NCBI GenBank assembly: GCA_964016885.1
Contig: OZ024766.1
Span: 3,100,001-3,164,000, forward strand
DNA length: 64,000 nt
Direction of reading: 5' to 3'
Source: Eledone cirrhosa
Lineage: Eukaryota
Shown: positions 27,992-43,529 of the stretch, one piece after another
Numbering within the stretch: position 1 is the stretch's first letter
How the letters are laid out: each line of letters starts with the position of its first letter
The notes under the pieces: generated by a model
Databases searched by the model: none
What the model saw: the letters and a program-made list of their open reading frames with translations, nothing else
Told to the model about the DNA's origin: nothing
Program-made: the position numbers and the translations under genes

Positions 27992-28531
27992 TCAGTGATG
28001 AGGCTTTTCTCCTGTATGAATACGTATATGTCTAGTTAACTGATCAGCTCGAGAGAATGATTTACCACAGATATCACATTGATGAGCTTTCTCTCCTGTA
28101 TGAATGTGTTTATGTTTAGTTAAGTTAGCATTTTGAGAGAATGATTCACCACAGATATCACAGTGATAAGGCTTCTCTCCTGTATGAATATATTTATGTC
28201 TAGATAAACTACTTGACTGAGAGAATAACTTACCACAGATATCACAGTGATGAGGTTTCTCTCCTGTATGAATACGTATGTGTTTAGTTAAGTCAACCTT
28301 ACACGGGAATGATTTACCACAGATATCACAGTGATGGGGTTTCTCTCCTGTATGGACAGATTTGTGTCTACTTAAACTACTTGACAGAGAAAATGATTTA
28401 CCACAGATGTCACACTGATGAGGCTTCTCTCCAGTATGAATACGTATGTGTTTAGTTAAGTAACCCGACACAGAGAATGATTTACCACAGATATCACAGT
28501 CGTATGATGATTTTTTGTTCCTCTTTGACAT
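27992..28531 (-). CDS. Short C2H2 zinc-finger protein, 6 fingers (ZNF-5)
   Basis: 179-aa ORF with the same leader, first three finger types and terminal RADQLTR finger as its paralogs. Confidence 0.88.
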   Translation of the reverse strand: MSKRNKKSSYDCDICGKSFSVSGYLTKHIRIHTGEKPHQCDICGKSFSLSSSLSRHKSVHTGEKPHHCDICGKSFPCKVDLTKHIRIHTGEKPHHCDICGKLFSQSSSLSRHKYIHTGEKPYHCDICGESFSQNANLTKHKHIHTGEKAHQCDICGKSFSRADQLTRHIRIHTGEKPHH

Positions 28532-29090
28532 CTCTTCAGGAAAAAATATTTTTGCACGGCAGAAAATAAAGATGTTTTTTCTTGGTCTTCTTTTTATAGT
28601 TTATTCCTAATAAATATTTTCAAAGTTAAATTTCCATCAACTTTGATTTTTGTTGACACCTGAAAATGATGCAAATTCCTTTATAGATTTACCCAAGTTT
28701 AATAAGAATACTATATCTTCTTGTACACTTTCCAGATAGTGAGGAGATAAATTATTTAATGAACCTCAGTTCAGAAGAAATACTTCACTGTAAGTCATCA
28801 AATGCTGATATAAAAAGACTTATATGAATACTGTGTAAAATGTTGTGTTAGTTTTTGAAAGATATTGATGTTGTAACCGAAGTTAAAATTTCTCTTCTGT
28901 CAATGTCATGTGATATTCTGAAATAGCAGAGAAAACAAAATAAGTTATGGAGAATGTTGAAATGTGATTCAATAATGGAAATTTTACATTTCTATATTGA
29001 TAAACTGTATATATAAACTTTCAGCTGAATAATTAAACTTTTCAATGTGTAAAAGTGTATTATACATCATGTGTGTGTATATATATTATA

Positions 29091-29153
29091 AGACCCGTCC
29101 CACCCTTGCAAGCAAGGAAAAGCGGACGTAAAATGATGATGATGATGATGATG
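29091..29153 (+). mobile_element. RTE 3'-tail insertion, unit 5
   Basis: Same as 2377..2438. Confidence 0.7.
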
Positions 29154-29958
29154 TTACAGTATATGCCAGCGTACAAGTCAATATTTATAGGCTAAATATC
29201 TCACCTGCTCAGTTTCCTAGAGAATTAGTCATTTCCGACTGATTTTGAGGTTAGGTTTGTTGGAAACACGAAAAAAAACTGGGAAAATTAACAATTACCC
29301 ACCTGACGACCGACAGGTGCTTTTACTGTAAATTTACCTTAAATTAAAACAGATTTAGGCTAACATGTAAACAGATTTAATTAACTTTAAACAACAAAGT
29401 ACAGCTGAATATAAACTACATATTATAATACAAGGTAGTGAACATGATTAAATAGACGGAGGTAATTTAAATAATAAAGACACTCATAATAACAATCTAT
29501 TTTATATCACATGTAACAGTAGAATCTAGCTATTGTAAAATAAGACAACATTTCAGTCTAGAAGTATTTTCCTGTATATAAAAGTGACGAGGAAGAAATA
29601 TGTCCAAAGTTGTTAAATATTTTCACTTGTATATAATTACTGTATCGTTGAAAGGTTCACATAATTCTATTATTTACACACATTATTATAGACTTCAAGT
29701 AAATCTTTCTCAACTTACCCTCTTCACATGTAATCAATGTGTTGTCTTCTTATATTTTATTAAACAACCAAAGAAATAATCTTCTTGTTGTTGTTGAATA
29801 AGAATTTTCAAAGATTTTATCAGATTTTCTTTGTCCGCCATTAACGTTGGTGTATTTTCTTGTTCTTTAGCCACAGATTCGTATCTTGTCACGATGAAGC
29901 TGTTAAGCTAGCTTTCTTTGTTTAAGGTATATGTTCCTCGTTGTCTTTCCCATTTGTA

Positions 29959-30028
<70 letters not shown>

Positions 30029-30199
30029 ATAATTCAAAATATATATAAATATACACATGAACGTAATAAAAATATATTTTATTATATATATTTCGGAGGT
30101 ACTGTGCTGTTTTTTTCAGTACGTCCTCATCTGATAAAATATATAAATTGATGTGTGACATATCTTAACTGTGCTGATGGTTCAATTCCAGCATTGGCA

Positions 30200-30255
<56 letters not shown>

Positions 30256-30258
30256 ATA

Positions 30259-30862
30259 TCTATCTATCTATCTATATATACAAAGCTGTGGTTGTCTGTC
30301 TGTCTATCGATTTTTGGCACACATCTCCTCGTAGAATCTCTGACCGAATTGCACCGAAATTGCTATACTTGTACATTGAGCCCTAGCGAAGACATCGGAA
30401 AAAAAATATTTCAAATTGACCCACCTTATGTGACGAAATCGAATCTTATGTATCGATTTTTCAGCGTAAGTGACGAGTTATTTCCCTTTGTTCTGTTTAC
30501 ATTGAGCGTCTTACGTTCTGTTACGATACACGAACAGTTGTCGAGCCAGCAAAATTTTGACCTGCAAAATTCATCAGTTCGAACACTGAGCTTCCGTTTT
30601 GCTTCATTTCCATTTAAAAGCTTTTTAAAACAATATTTTTATTTGAAAACAAGTCTATTTAAAGACTACGTAAAACAAGCAAATATTTCGTAAAAAAAAG
30701 CAAATATTATATAAGTTTATTTAAAATATATGTATCTGTAAATTTCGTTAGGCGTGCAGACAGACAGTCGTGCTGACAGACTTTAAGCCAAAAAAGAGAC
30801 TTAACATTGTAACTTTAACACAGCTACTGAGCGACCCCGAGCAAAGCCGGGCTTTACCGCTA

Positions 30863-30863
<1 letters not shown>
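30259..30863 (+). mobile_element. 605-bp non-autonomous Helitron, unit 5
   Basis: Copy of 9386..9990 at the same site. Confidence 0.82.
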
Positions 30864-30918
<55 letters not shown>

Positions 30919-31197
30919 GTGTGAGTATATATAGATATATTTCGTTTTTTAATGCTTTGCAAGATTATTTTTACCTGAAAACTTATGTTGAAACAGATAT
31001 TGTTATACTTTGGGAGGGTCATTCTGCCAATTAAAACACACACTCCCGTTGTTTTTCAATTCAATTTATTATAAATTTCAGGTTGGTTGGTTTAATAACC
31101 GGATGGTTGTTTATATATTGCCAAAGCCCTTTCGTCACACACTGTGACCTCCTCATTGACTGATTTCTTATTTTGTGTCTCTCCTGTCCTACACCAA

Positions 31198-31958
31198 CTT
31201 GTTTTATTGAACGCTGTAACACTAGAGGACTGTGTCATTCCCATTGGGAGATTTCATTGAGTCAGGTCTGCCTTTATCGTTTCATCCCACGTCTTCTCTA
31301 GGTGCCTCCTGTAGCCTTTAAAGTCCTGCACCACTTTAAACAGCTGTCATCCTTCAGGTGCATCCTATGACCATACCACCACGGTCTTCTACCCTGCACA
31401 CAGCATTTGATCCCTCTTATGCCCTGTTTTGCCCCTAATACATATACACTTTGCTGTTCATGTACAACTTTGTTACACATCCATCTGATCATATAGACTT
31501 TGTTTCTTTCCAATCTCCATAGGACCTCAGCACGCAGAGCCCATATTTTGCTACCATGTAGCATTGCTGAGTGCACACAGGCATTGTAAAGTTTGCTTTT
31601 TATCTAGAGTGAGAGACCTTTTGTAGTTAACAGTTGCATCAGCTCCCTCAACTTTTTCCAACCCGCTCTTATCCTTGCAACTCTGCTTTATGCACAGCCT
31701 CCTCCTCAGCTGATTTTGTTCCCAAGATAGAAGCTATCAGCAATTTTTTGGGGTCTTCTGTGCATTTAAGGGCGCCTGCTATGTGAAGGTCTTTGCCTAC
31801 TTCCCTTGTGCAGCGTTCACATATCAAGTTGGTTTCTCTTGTGATCCTGCCAGTTTTCTCACTACATCACTTGTGTACCCACTATCTGCATTTGGTACAC
31901 TAGATACAATTCCTGCCTACTCCTTTCCTGCACACTAAGCAGGGCCATTTCCCAGAGT
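31198..31958 (-). mobile_element. Old degenerate RTE LINE fragment, unit 5
   Basis: Paralog of 3800..4560. Confidence 0.85.
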
Positions 31959-32005
31959 ATAATATTTGGTTAAAATATATTTTATAACACCCCAAAAAAT
32001 GTTTC

Positions 32006-33726
32006 ATCATCATCATCATCATCATCAGGTTTAGCGTCCGTGTTCCACGCTTGCATGGGTTTGGACGGGAGTTTTCCCACTTGAGGCAAGAGTGGTTGTC
32101 TTGCTCGTATAGGACTGTCTGGCAGGTTTTCTACAGCTGGATGCCCTTCCTAACACCAACCACATTTACAGTGTGGGGCTGGGAGGTTTTTACTGTGTTG
32201 CCTACACGGCCACATTACAGCGTGGACTGTCTGGCGGGTTTTCTACAGCTGGATGCCCTTCCTAACACCAACCACATTTACAGTGTGGGGCTGGGAGGTT
32301 TTTACCGTGTTGCCTACACGGCCACATTTACAGCGTGGACTGTGTGTTTTTTTGTCGTGACACCTACACGATCTCATTTGTTTCGGCCTGGATGTTGTGG
32401 GACCAACATAACTGTACATTGAAAGGGGTGGTGTGGATGGGGTGGAGGTGGTGGGACGGGGGGGGGGGGGGGGGGTTGATAGAGATGCCTACTGACTGTA
32501 GTAGGTTTTGACTTTGTATTTAGGTAAGGCGGGTCTTCTCTATTACTGAGTACCGCCAAAGGTCTCGGTCCAGTGACATTGTCTTGGAGAGGTGTAAGCG
32601 TATGAGGTCGGAATTTATCAGCTCGTCCCATGTTTTTCTGAGTCTGCCTACTCCGTGGCTACCGTCTATCTTTATTGCCCTGCACTTTGTTATACAGCTG
32701 TCGTCTTTCATGCGTATCACGTGACCGTACCAACGTAGCCTTCTCTCGAGTAAACAACATCTGATCCCTCTTATTTCTAATTTTTTCCTTAGTTCGTTTA
32801 TGCTTTGCCGTTCACGTATATTACTATTGCACATCCAGCGGAGCATGCAAGCTTCGTTCCTCTCTAGTCTGCGTATATCCTCTGCACACAATGCCCAGGT
32901 CTCGCTGCCATGCAGCATTGCTGTTCGTACGCAGGCATCTTATAACCTGCCTTTCATTTTTAGGGAGAACCCTCTAGCGGCTAATAGTGGTATAAGCTCT
33001 CTGAACTTTTTCCATCCAGTTCTGACTCTAGCTACTGTACTTTCAGAGCACCCTCCCCCACTGCTGATTTTGTCACCCAGGTAACGGAAGCTGTCCACTA
33101 TTTCTATAGAACCCTCTGCGCAGTTGAAGGAGCTAGTATTTTGTGGGCACTTGCTGCTACTTATTGCACCAGAGCACCGGCCACATGTAAAATCTATGTT
33201 CTTAGTTAGCTTACCTGTGATCCCACTACATCTTTTATGCACCCATACTTTGCATTTGGGACATAAAATGGAGTTTCGACCTACGCCTTTCCTACACACT
33301 GAGCATGGCCATTTCCCAGATGGGACTGCCGCCATATTTTCTTTCCTACAAACTAGAACTTTTGTCTTAGCCAGGTTAATTTTAAGGCCTTTTGATTCTA
33401 GGCCGTGCTTCCATGTTTGGAATTTCTTCTCTAGTTCGGTCATTGATTCAGCTATGAGCGTTAGATCATCTGCGTATAGGAGTTCCCATGGGCAGCCGGT
33501 CTTGAAATCCTCTGTTATAGCCTGAAGGGCAATAATAAATAGTAGGGGGCTAAGAACAGAGCCCTGATGGACACCAACTTTTACGCTAAACTCTTCACTA
33601 TATTCGTTGTTAATTCTAACCTTACTGACTGTTTCTTTATACATGGCTTGTATAGCTCTCACAAGCCATTCGTCAACACCTAGTTTTCTAAGAGACCACC
33701 AGATAATGGAACGGGGGACTCTGTCA
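32006..33726 (-). mobile_element. Young 5'-truncated RTE-clade LINE, unit 5 (TAT->TAA nonsense at 32940)
   Basis: Same junctions as units 2 and 4; ORF split into 240 and 132 aa. Confidence 0.92.
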
Positions 33727-34374
33727 GTAAAGAACTAACATCCAATACATTATAAACATATGTATCATCTATTGACAATATGACATTTTAATAAAATGAG
33801 AGTTCTCTGATCATTATTTTACAAATATATTTACCCGTCAAGTGCGAAAGGTTGGCGACCATTGCTCTATGTAGAGTGGTTGGTTTTAGGAAGGGGCATC
33901 CAGTCATAGAATCTATGTCAAAAAAAGATTGAGAGGACCCTGCAGCTATGTGAAGGGCGTGACAACCTCTCCAGTGTTGGTGATACAAAATTGCATCCTC
34001 ACCCAACAGACAAATATGACAGCATAGACCTTTGAGTGATGACAAATATTCACTTCAAAACCCCCAATGTCCATTCAGTCTACAGCATTATGGGATAGAG
34101 GGTCCCTTACTCATACACAACAGGAAATGTGGGTGTTGCCCTCTAAATATTTCTTGTGGCCAGCTACAGTATTAGGTCATGGGATAGAGGGTCCCTCAAT
34201 TATACACTACAACAGGAAACGTGGTTGTTGCCAAAAAATAAATTTAAGAAGACAACTATCAGATATGAGAATAACTTTAATCCCATTTAAAAATAAGATT
34301 AAAAAAATAGAAAATAATATTTAGAAGCTGTAGAAATACTAAGGGTTTCCTTGTGATATTAGTTGACAATAAGT

Positions 34375-34865
<491 letters not shown>

Positions 34866-36581
34866 TCAGTGATGAGGCTTTTCTCCTGTATGAAGACGTA
34901 TATGTCTAGTTAACTGATCAGCTCGAGAGAATGGTTTACCACAGATATCACAGTGATGAGGCTTCTCTCCTGTATGAAGATATTTGTGTTGAATTAAACT
35001 ATTCGACTGAGAGAATGACTTACCACAGATATCACATTGATGAGGCTTCTCTCCTGTATGAAGATATTTGTGTTGAATTAAACTATTCGACTGAGAGAAT
35101 GACTTACCACAGATATCACATTGATGAGGCTTCTCTCCTGTATGAATGTGTTTATGTTTAGTTAAGTTAGCATTTTGAGAGAATGATTCACCACAGATAT
35201 CACAGTGATGAGGCTTCTCTCCTGTATGAATATATTTATGTTTAGATAAACTACTTGACTGAGAGAATAACTTACCACAGATATCACAGTGATGAGGTTT
35301 CTCTCCTGTATGAATACGTTTATGTGTCGTTAAATGCGCTGACAAAGAGAATGACTTTCCACAGATATCACAAGGATGAGGCTTCTCTCCAGTATGACTA
35401 TATTTATGTACAGTTAATTGACCTGACTGAGAGAATGACTTTCCACATATATCACAGTGATGAGGCTTCTCTCCTGTATGACTATATTTATGTACAGTTA
35501 ATTGACCTGACTGAGAGAATGACTTTCCACAGATATCACAGTGATGAGGCTTCTCTCCTGTATGACTATATTTATGTACAGTTAACTGACTTGACCGGGA
35601 GAATGACTTCCCACAGATTTCACAGTGATAAGGTTTCTCTCCTGTATGAATATATTTATGTTTAGATAAACTACTTGGTTGAGAGAATGATTCACCACAG
35701 ATATCACAGTGATGAGGCTTCTCTCCAGTATGAATATATTTATGTTTAGATAAACTACTTGACTGAGAGAATAACTTACCACAGATATCACAGTGATGAG
35801 GCTTCTCTCCTGTATGAATACGTTTATGTGTAGTTAAATGCGCTGACAAAGAGAATGACTTTCCACAGATATCACAGTGATGAGGTTTCTCTCCTGTATG
35901 ACTATATTTATGTACAGTTAACTGACTTGACCAGGAGAATGACTTACCACAGATTTCACAGTGATAAGGTTTATTTCCTGTATGAATATATTTGTGTAGA
36001 GTTAAACTACTCGACTGAGAGAATGACTTACCACAGATATCACATTCATGAGGTTTCTCTCCTGTATGAATGAATTTATGTCTAGTTAAGTGATCATTGC
36101 GAGAGAATGATTCACCACAGATATCACAGTGATGAGGCTTCTCTCCTGTATGAATATATTTATGTTTAGATAAACTACTTGGCTGAGAGAATAACTTACC
36201 ACAGATTTCACAGTGATGAGGCTTCTCTCCGGTATGAATACGTTTATGTGTAGTTAAATGCGCTGACAAAGAGAATGACTTTCCACAGATATCACAGTGA
36301 TGAGGTTTCTCTCCTGTATGAATACGTATGTGTTTAGTTAAGTCACCCTTACACGAGAATGATTTACCACAGATATCACAGTGATGGGGTTTCTCTCCTG
36401 TATGGACAGATTTGTGTCTACTTAAACTACTTGACATAGAAAATGATTTACCACAGATGTCACACTGATGAGGCTTCTCTCCTGTATGTAGACGTATGTG
36501 TTTAGTTAAGTAACCCGACACAGAGAATGATTTACCACAGATATCACAGTCGTATGATGATTTTTTGTTCCTCTTTGACAT
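34866..36581 (-). CDS. Poly-C2H2 zinc-finger protein, 20 fingers (ZNF-6)
   Basis: 571-aa finger ORF. Confidence 0.93.
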   Translation of the reverse strand: MSKRNKKSSYDCDICGKSFSVSGYLTKHIRLHTGEKPHQCDICGKSFSMSSSLSRHKSVHTGEKPHHCDICGKSFSCKGDLTKHIRIHTGEKPHHCDICGKSFSLSAHLTTHKRIHTGEKPHHCEICGKLFSQPSSLSKHKYIHTGEKPHHCDICGESFSRNDHLTRHKFIHTGEKPHECDICGKSFSQSSSLTLHKYIHTGNKPYHCEICGKSFSWSSQLTVHKYSHTGEKPHHCDICGKSFSLSAHLTTHKRIHTGEKPHHCDICGKLFSQSSSLSKHKYIHTGEKPHHCDICGESFSQPSSLSKHKYIHTGEKPYHCEICGKSFSRSSQLTVHKYSHTGEKPHHCDICGKSFSQSGQLTVHKYSHTGEKPHHCDICGKSFSQSGQLTVHKYSHTGEKPHPCDICGKSFSLSAHLTTHKRIHTGEKPHHCDICGKLFSQSSSLSKHKYIHTGEKPHHCDICGESFSQNANLTKHKHIHTGEKPHQCDICGKSFSQSNSLIQHKYLHTGEKPHQCDICGKSFSQSNSLIQHKYLHTGEKPHHCDICGKPFSRADQLTRHIRLHTGEKPHH

Positions 36582-37990
36582 CTCTTCAGGAAAAAATATT
36601 TTTGCACAGCAGAAAATAAAGATGTTTTTTCTTGGTCTTCTTTTTATAGTTTATTCCTAATAAATATTTTCAAAGTTAAATTTCCATCAACTTTGATTTT
36701 TGTTGACACCTGAAAATGATGCAAATTCCTTTATAGATTTACCCAAGTTTAATAAGAATACTATATCTTCTTGTACACTTTCCAGATAGTGAGGAGATAA
36801 ATTATTTAATGAACCTCAGTTCAGAAGAAATACTTCACTGTAAGTCATCAAATGCTGATATAAAAAGACTTATATGAATACTGTGTAAAATGTTGTGTTA
36901 GTTTTTGAAAGATATTGATGTTGTATCCGAAGTTAAAATTTCTCTTCTGTCAATGTCATGTGATATTCTGAAATAGCAGAGAAAACAAAATAAGTTATGG
37001 AGAATGTTGAAATGTGATTCAATAATGGAAATTTTACATTTCTATATTGATAAACTGTATATATAAACTTTCAGCTGAATAATTAAACTTTTCAATGTGT
37101 AAAAGTGTATTATACATCATGTGTGTGCATATATATTATATATACATTATATGCCAGCGTACAAGTCAATATTTATAGGCTAAAAATCTCACCTGCTCAG
37201 TTTCCTAGAAAATGAGTCATTTCCGACTGATTTTGAGGTTAGGTTTGTTGGAAACACGAAAACAAACTAGGAAAATTAACAATTTCCCACCTGACGACTG
37301 ACAGGTGGTTTTGCTGTAAATTTACCTTAAATTAAAACAGATTTAGGCTAACATGTAGACAGATTTAATTAACTTTAAACAACAAAGTACAGCTGAATAT
37401 AAACTATATATTATAATACAAGGTAGTGAACAACATGATTAAATAGACGGAGGTAACTTAAATAATAAGGACACTCATAATAACAATCTATTTTATATCA
37501 CATGTAACAGTAGAATCTAGCTATTGTAAAATAAGACAACATTTCAGTCTAGAAGTATTTTCCTGTATATAAAAGTGACGAGGAAGAAATATGTCCAAAG
37601 TTGTTAAATATTTTCACTTGTATATAATTACTGTATCGTTGAAAGGTTCACATAATTCTATTATTTACACACATTATTATAGACTTCAAGTAAATCTTTC
37701 TCAACTTACCCTCTTCACATGTAATCAATGTGTTGTCTTCTTATATTTTATTAAACAACCAAAGAAATAATCTTCTTGTTGTTGTTGAATAAGAATTTCC
37801 AAAGATTTTATCAGCTTTTCTTTGTCCGCCATTAATGTTGGTGTATCTTCTTATTCTTTAGCCACAGATTCGTATCTTGTCACGATGAAGCTGTTAAGCT
37901 AGCTTTCTTTGTTTAAGGTATATGTTCCTCGTTGTCTTTCCCATTTGCCTCTCTACGCATGTGTATCTGTGTTTATATATATATATATTA

Positions 37991-38801
37991 GGCATTGGTA
38001 AAATATAACGTCCGGGAAAGTGAAACTAATTTTTATGACAAGTGAATGTGTTTGTTTGTTATTTTTTTACACTGAAAATTACGATACAGTTTGTTTATTT
38101 ACAACAGGTCTCTATAGTGATATGGTGTTAATTAGTATTGCGTGTGTGATTACTTTCTCTTATATATATATGTGTGGGTGTGTATATGTGTGTATATATA
38201 TATGTGTGTCCGTATGTATATATATATATGTCTGTTTGTATATATATATATGTTTGTGTCATCATCATCGTTTAGATGTTTTTGTAATATCTTGCCAAAG
38301 TTGGCACCAACTTTCTGTCCCCCAAAGGAATTAAGGCCGGGTCATAAGAAGGACAGAGAATGATAAAGGATTTGGGTCAGAGATATTGAGGAAATTCAAG
38401 GTGGCATTTACCTCCATGATGTTGATGTGCACCAACGGAACTTTGTCGATCCTGAAGACCCTAATGTGCACACACAACTCATAGAGAACACTTGGAGCCG
38501 TGCGAAGAAAAAGCTCCGTCGACAACATGGGACAAGCGACGATTTATTCCCCTCGTATTTAGCTGAATTTCTTTGGCGGCAGAGAGTTGGTGCCAACAAA
38601 TTTGGCGAGATGGTCAACTGTATTTCAGCTATTTATACGGTCTAATAAGGATGTTGATAAGGTAAGTATAATTTTCCGTACACACAATACACAAAAAAAG
38701 AAAAAGAAAAAATAATCACACACGCAATACTAAAAAACAAACACATTCACTTGTCATAAAAATTAGTTTCACTTTCCCGGACGTTATATTTTACCAATGC
38801 C
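37991..38801 (+). mobile_element. Internally deleted Merlin (IS1595/ISXO2-like) DNA transposon, unit 6
   Basis: 67-bp perfect TIRs starting GGCATTGG; 9-bp TSD tatatatta/tatgtatta; transposase C-terminal remnant NFVDPEDPNVHTQLIENTW...SYLAEFLWR at 38427..38645. Confidence 0.88.
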
Positions 38802-38979
38802 TATGTATTAATTCAAAATATAAATAAATATAGACATAAACGTAATAAAAATATATTTTATTATATATATTTCGGAGGTACTGTGCTGTTTTTTTTCAGT
38901 ACGTCCTCATCTGATAAAATATATAAATTGATGTGTGACATATCTTAACTGTGCTGATGGTTCAATTCCAGCATTGGCA

Positions 38980-39037
<58 letters not shown>

Positions 39038-39079
39038 ATGTATATATATATATGTGTATATATATATATATATATACAC

Positions 39080-39117
<38 letters not shown>

Positions 39118-39408
39118 GTGTGTGTATGTGTGAGTATATATATATATATTTCGTTTTTTAATGCTTTGCAAGATTATTTTTACCTGAAAACTTATGTTGA
39201 AACAGATATTGTTATACTTTGGGAGGGTCATTCTGCCAATTAAAACACACACTCCCGTTGTTTTTCAATTCAATTTATTATAAATTTCAGGTTGGTTGGT
39301 TGGTTTAATAACCGGATGGTTGTTTATATATTGCCAAAGCCCTTTCGTCACACACTGTGACCTCCTCATTGACTGGTTTCTTATTTTGTGTCTCTCCTGT
39401 CCTACACC

Positions 39409-40170
39409 AACTTGTTTTATTGAACGCTGTAACACCAGAGGACTGTGTCATTCCCATTGGGAGATTTCGTTGAGTCAGGTCTGCCTTTATCATTTCATCC
39501 CACGTCTTCTCTAGGTGCTTCCTGTAGCCTTTAAAGTCCTGCACCACTTTAAACAGCTGTCATCCTTCATGTGCATCCTATGACCATACCACCAGTCTTC
39601 TACCCTGCACACAGCATTTGATCCCTCTTATGCCCTGTTTTGCCCCTAATACATATACACTTTGCCGTTCATGTACAACTTTGTTACACATCCATCTGAT
39701 CATATAGACTTTGTTTCTTTCCAATCTCCATAGGACCTCAGTACTCAGAGCCCATATTTTGCTACCATGTAGCATTGCTGAGTGCACACAGGCATTGTAA
39801 AGTTTGCTTTTTATCTAGAGTGAGAGACCTTTTGTAGTTAACAGTTGCAGCAGCTCCCTCAACTTTTTCCAACCCGCTCTTATCCTTGCAACTCTGCTTT
39901 ATGCACAGCCTCCTCCTCAGCTGATTTTGTTCCCAAGATAGAAGCTATCAGCAATTTTTATGGGGTCTTCTGTGCATTTAAGGGCGCCTGCTATGTGAAG
40001 GTCTTTGCCTACTTCCCTTGTGCAGCGTTCACATATCAAGTTGGTTTTTCTTGTGATCCTGCCAGTTTTCTCACTACATCACTTGTGTACCCACTATCTG
40101 CATTTGGTACACTAGATACAATTCCTACCTACTCCTTTCCTGCACACTAAGCAGAGCCATTTCCCAGAGT
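39409..40170 (-). mobile_element. Old degenerate RTE LINE fragment, unit 6
   Basis: Paralog of 3800..4560. Confidence 0.85.
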
Positions 40171-40870
40171 ATAATATTTGGTTAAAATATATTTTATAAC
40201 ACCCCAAAAAATGTTTCTTGTCAGTAAAGAACTAACATCCAATACATTTTACACTATGTATCATCTATTGACAATATGACATTTTAATAAAATGAGAGTT
40301 CTCTGATCATTATTTTACAAATATATTTACCCGTCAAGTGCGAAAGGTTGGCGACCATTGCTCTATGTAGAGTGGTTGGTTTTAGGAAGGGGCATCCAGT
40401 CATAGAATCTATGTCAAAAAAAGATTGAGAGGACCCTGCAGCTATGTGAAGGGCACGACAACCTCTCCAGTGTTGGTGATACAAAATTGCATCCGCACCC
40501 AACAGACAAATATGACAGCATAGACCTTTGAGTGATGACAAATATTCACTTCAAAACCCCCAATGTCCATTCAGTCTACAACATTATGGGATAGAGGGTC
40601 CCTTACTCATACACAACAGGAAATGTGGGTGTTGCCCTCTAAATATTTCTTGTGGCCAGCTACAGTATTAGGTCATGGGATAGAGGGTCCCTCAATTATA
40701 CACTACAACAGGAAACGTGGTTGTGGCCAAAAAATAAATTTTAGAAGACAACTATCAGATATGAGAACTACTTTAATCCCATTTAAAAATAAAATAAAAA
40801 AAATAGAAAACAATATTTAGAAGCTGTAGAAATACTAAGGGTTTCCTTGTGATATTAGTTGACAATAGGT

Positions 40871-41360
<490 letters not shown>

Positions 41361-42908
41361 TCAGTGAAGAGGCTTTTCTCCTGTATGAAGACATATATGT
41401 CTACTTAACTGATCAGCTCGAGAGAATGATTTACCACAGATATCACAGGAATGAGGCTTCTCTCCTGTATGAATACGTTTATGTGTAGTTAAATGCGATG
41501 ACGAAGAGAATGACTTTCCACAGATATCACAAGGATGAGGCTTCTCTCCAGTATGACTATATTTATGTACAGTTAATTGACCTGACTGAGAGAATGACTT
41601 TCCACAGATTTCACAGTGATAAGGTTTATTTCCTGTATGAATATATTTGTGTAGAGTTAAACTACTCGACTGAGAGAATGACTTACCACAGATATCACAT
41701 TCATGAGGTTTCTCTCCTGTATGAATGAATTTATGTCTAGTTAAGTGAGCATTTTGAGAGAATGATTCACCACAGATATCACAGTGATAAGGTTTTTCTC
41801 CTGTATGAATACGTATGTGTCCAGTTAAATTGCTCGCCGCAGCGAATGACTTACCACAGATATCACAGTGATGAGCTTTCTCTCCTGTATGAATTAATTT
41901 ATGTCTAGTTAAGTGATCATTTCGAGAGAATGATTCACCACAGATATCACAGTGATGAGGCTTCTCTCCTGTATGAAGATATTTGTGTTGAATTAAATTA
42001 CTCGACTGAGAGAATGACTTACCACAGATATCACAGTGATGAGGCTTCTCTCCTGTATGAATGAATTTATGTTTAGTTAAGTAATAATTTTGAGAGAATG
42101 ATTCACCACAGATATGACAGTGATAAGGTTTCTCTCCTGTATGAATATATTTATGTCTAGATAAACTACTTGACTGAGAGAATAACTTACCACAGATATC
42201 ACAGTGATGAGGTTTCTCTCCTGTATGACTACGTTTGTGTATAGTTAAGGCACTTGTACAAGAGAATGACTTTCCACAGATATCACAAGGATGAGGCTTC
42301 TCTCCAGTATGACTATATTTATGTACAGTTAATTGACCTGACTGAGAGAATGACTTTCCACATATATCACAGTGATGAGGCTTCTCTCCTGTATGAATAC
42401 GTTTATGTGTAGTTAAATGCGCTGACAAAGAGAATGACTTTCCACAGATATCACAGTGATGAGGTTTCTCTCCTGTATGACTATATTTATGTACAGTTAA
42501 CTGACTTGACCAGGAGAATGACTTACCACAGATTTCACAGTGATAAGGTTTATTTCCTGTATGAATATATTTGTGTAGAGTTAAACTACTCGACTGAGAG
42601 AATGACTTACCACAGATATCACAGTGATGAGGCTTCTCTCCTGTATGAATGAATTTATGTCTAGTTAAGTGATCATTTCGAGAGAATGATTCACCACAGA
42701 TATCACAGTGATGAGGCTTCTCTCCGGTATGAATACGTTTATGTGTAGTTAAATGCGCTGACAAAGAGAATGACTTGCCACAGATATCACAGTGATGAGG
42801 TTTCTCTCCTGTATGAATACGTATGTGTTTAGTTAAGTCACCCTTACACGAGAATGATTTACCACAGATATCACAGTCGTATGATGATATTTTGTTCCTC
42901 TTTGACAT
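41361..42908 (-). CDS. Poly-C2H2 zinc-finger protein, 18 fingers (ZNF-7); lacks the usual first two helices
   Basis: 515-aa finger ORF beginning [27 protein letters not shown]. Confidence 0.93.
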   Translation of the reverse strand: MSKRNKISSYDCDICGKSFSCKGDLTKHIRIHTGEKPHHCDICGKSFSLSAHLTTHKRIHTGEKPHHCDICGESFSRNDHLTRHKFIHTGEKPHHCDICGKSFSQSSSLTLHKYIHTGNKPYHCEICGKSFSWSSQLTVHKYSHTGEKPHHCDICGKSFSLSAHLTTHKRIHTGEKPHHCDICGKSFSQSGQLTVHKYSHTGEKPHPCDICGKSFSCTSALTIHKRSHTGEKPHHCDICGKLFSQSSSLSRHKYIHTGEKPYHCHICGESFSQNYYLTKHKFIHTGEKPHHCDICGKSFSQSSNLIQHKYLHTGEKPHHCDICGESFSRNDHLTRHKLIHTGEKAHHCDICGKSFAAASNLTGHIRIHTGEKPYHCDICGESFSQNAHLTRHKFIHTGEKPHECDICGKSFSQSSSLTLHKYIHTGNKPYHCEICGKSFSQSGQLTVHKYSHTGEKPHPCDICGKSFSSSSHLTTHKRIHTGEKPHSCDICGKSFSRADQLSRHICLHTGEKPLH

Positions 42909-43467
42909 CTCTTCAGGAAAAAATATTTTTGCACAGCAGAAAATAAAGATGTTTTTTCTTGGTCTTCTTTTTATAGTTTATTCCTAATAAATATTTTCAA
43001 AGTTAAATTTCCATCAACTTTGATTTTTGTTGACACCTGAAAATGATGCAAATTCCTTTATAGATTTACCCAAGTTTAATAAGAATACTATATCTTCTTG
43101 TACACTTTCCAGATAGTGAGGAGATAAATTATTTAATGAACCTCAGTTCAGAAGAAATATTTCACTGTAAGTCATCAAATGCTGATATAAAAAGACTTAT
43201 ATGAATACTGTGTAAAATGTTGTGTTAGTTTTTGAAAGATATTGATGTTGTATCCGAAGTTAAAATTTCTCTTCTTTCAATGTCATGTGATATTCTGAAA
43301 TAGCAGAGAAAACAAAATAAGTTATGGAGAATGTTGAAATGTGATTCAATAATGGAAATTTTACATTTCTATATTGATAAACTGTATATATAAACTTTCA
43401 GCTGAATAATTAAACTTTTCAATGTGTAAAAGTGTATTATACATCATTGGTGTGTATATATATTATA

Positions 43468-43529
43468 AGACCCGTCCCACCCTTGCAAGCAGGGAAAAGC
43501 GGACGTAAAATGATGATGATGATGATGAT
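43468..43529 (+). mobile_element. RTE 3'-tail insertion, unit 7
   Basis: Same as 2377..2438. Confidence 0.7.
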
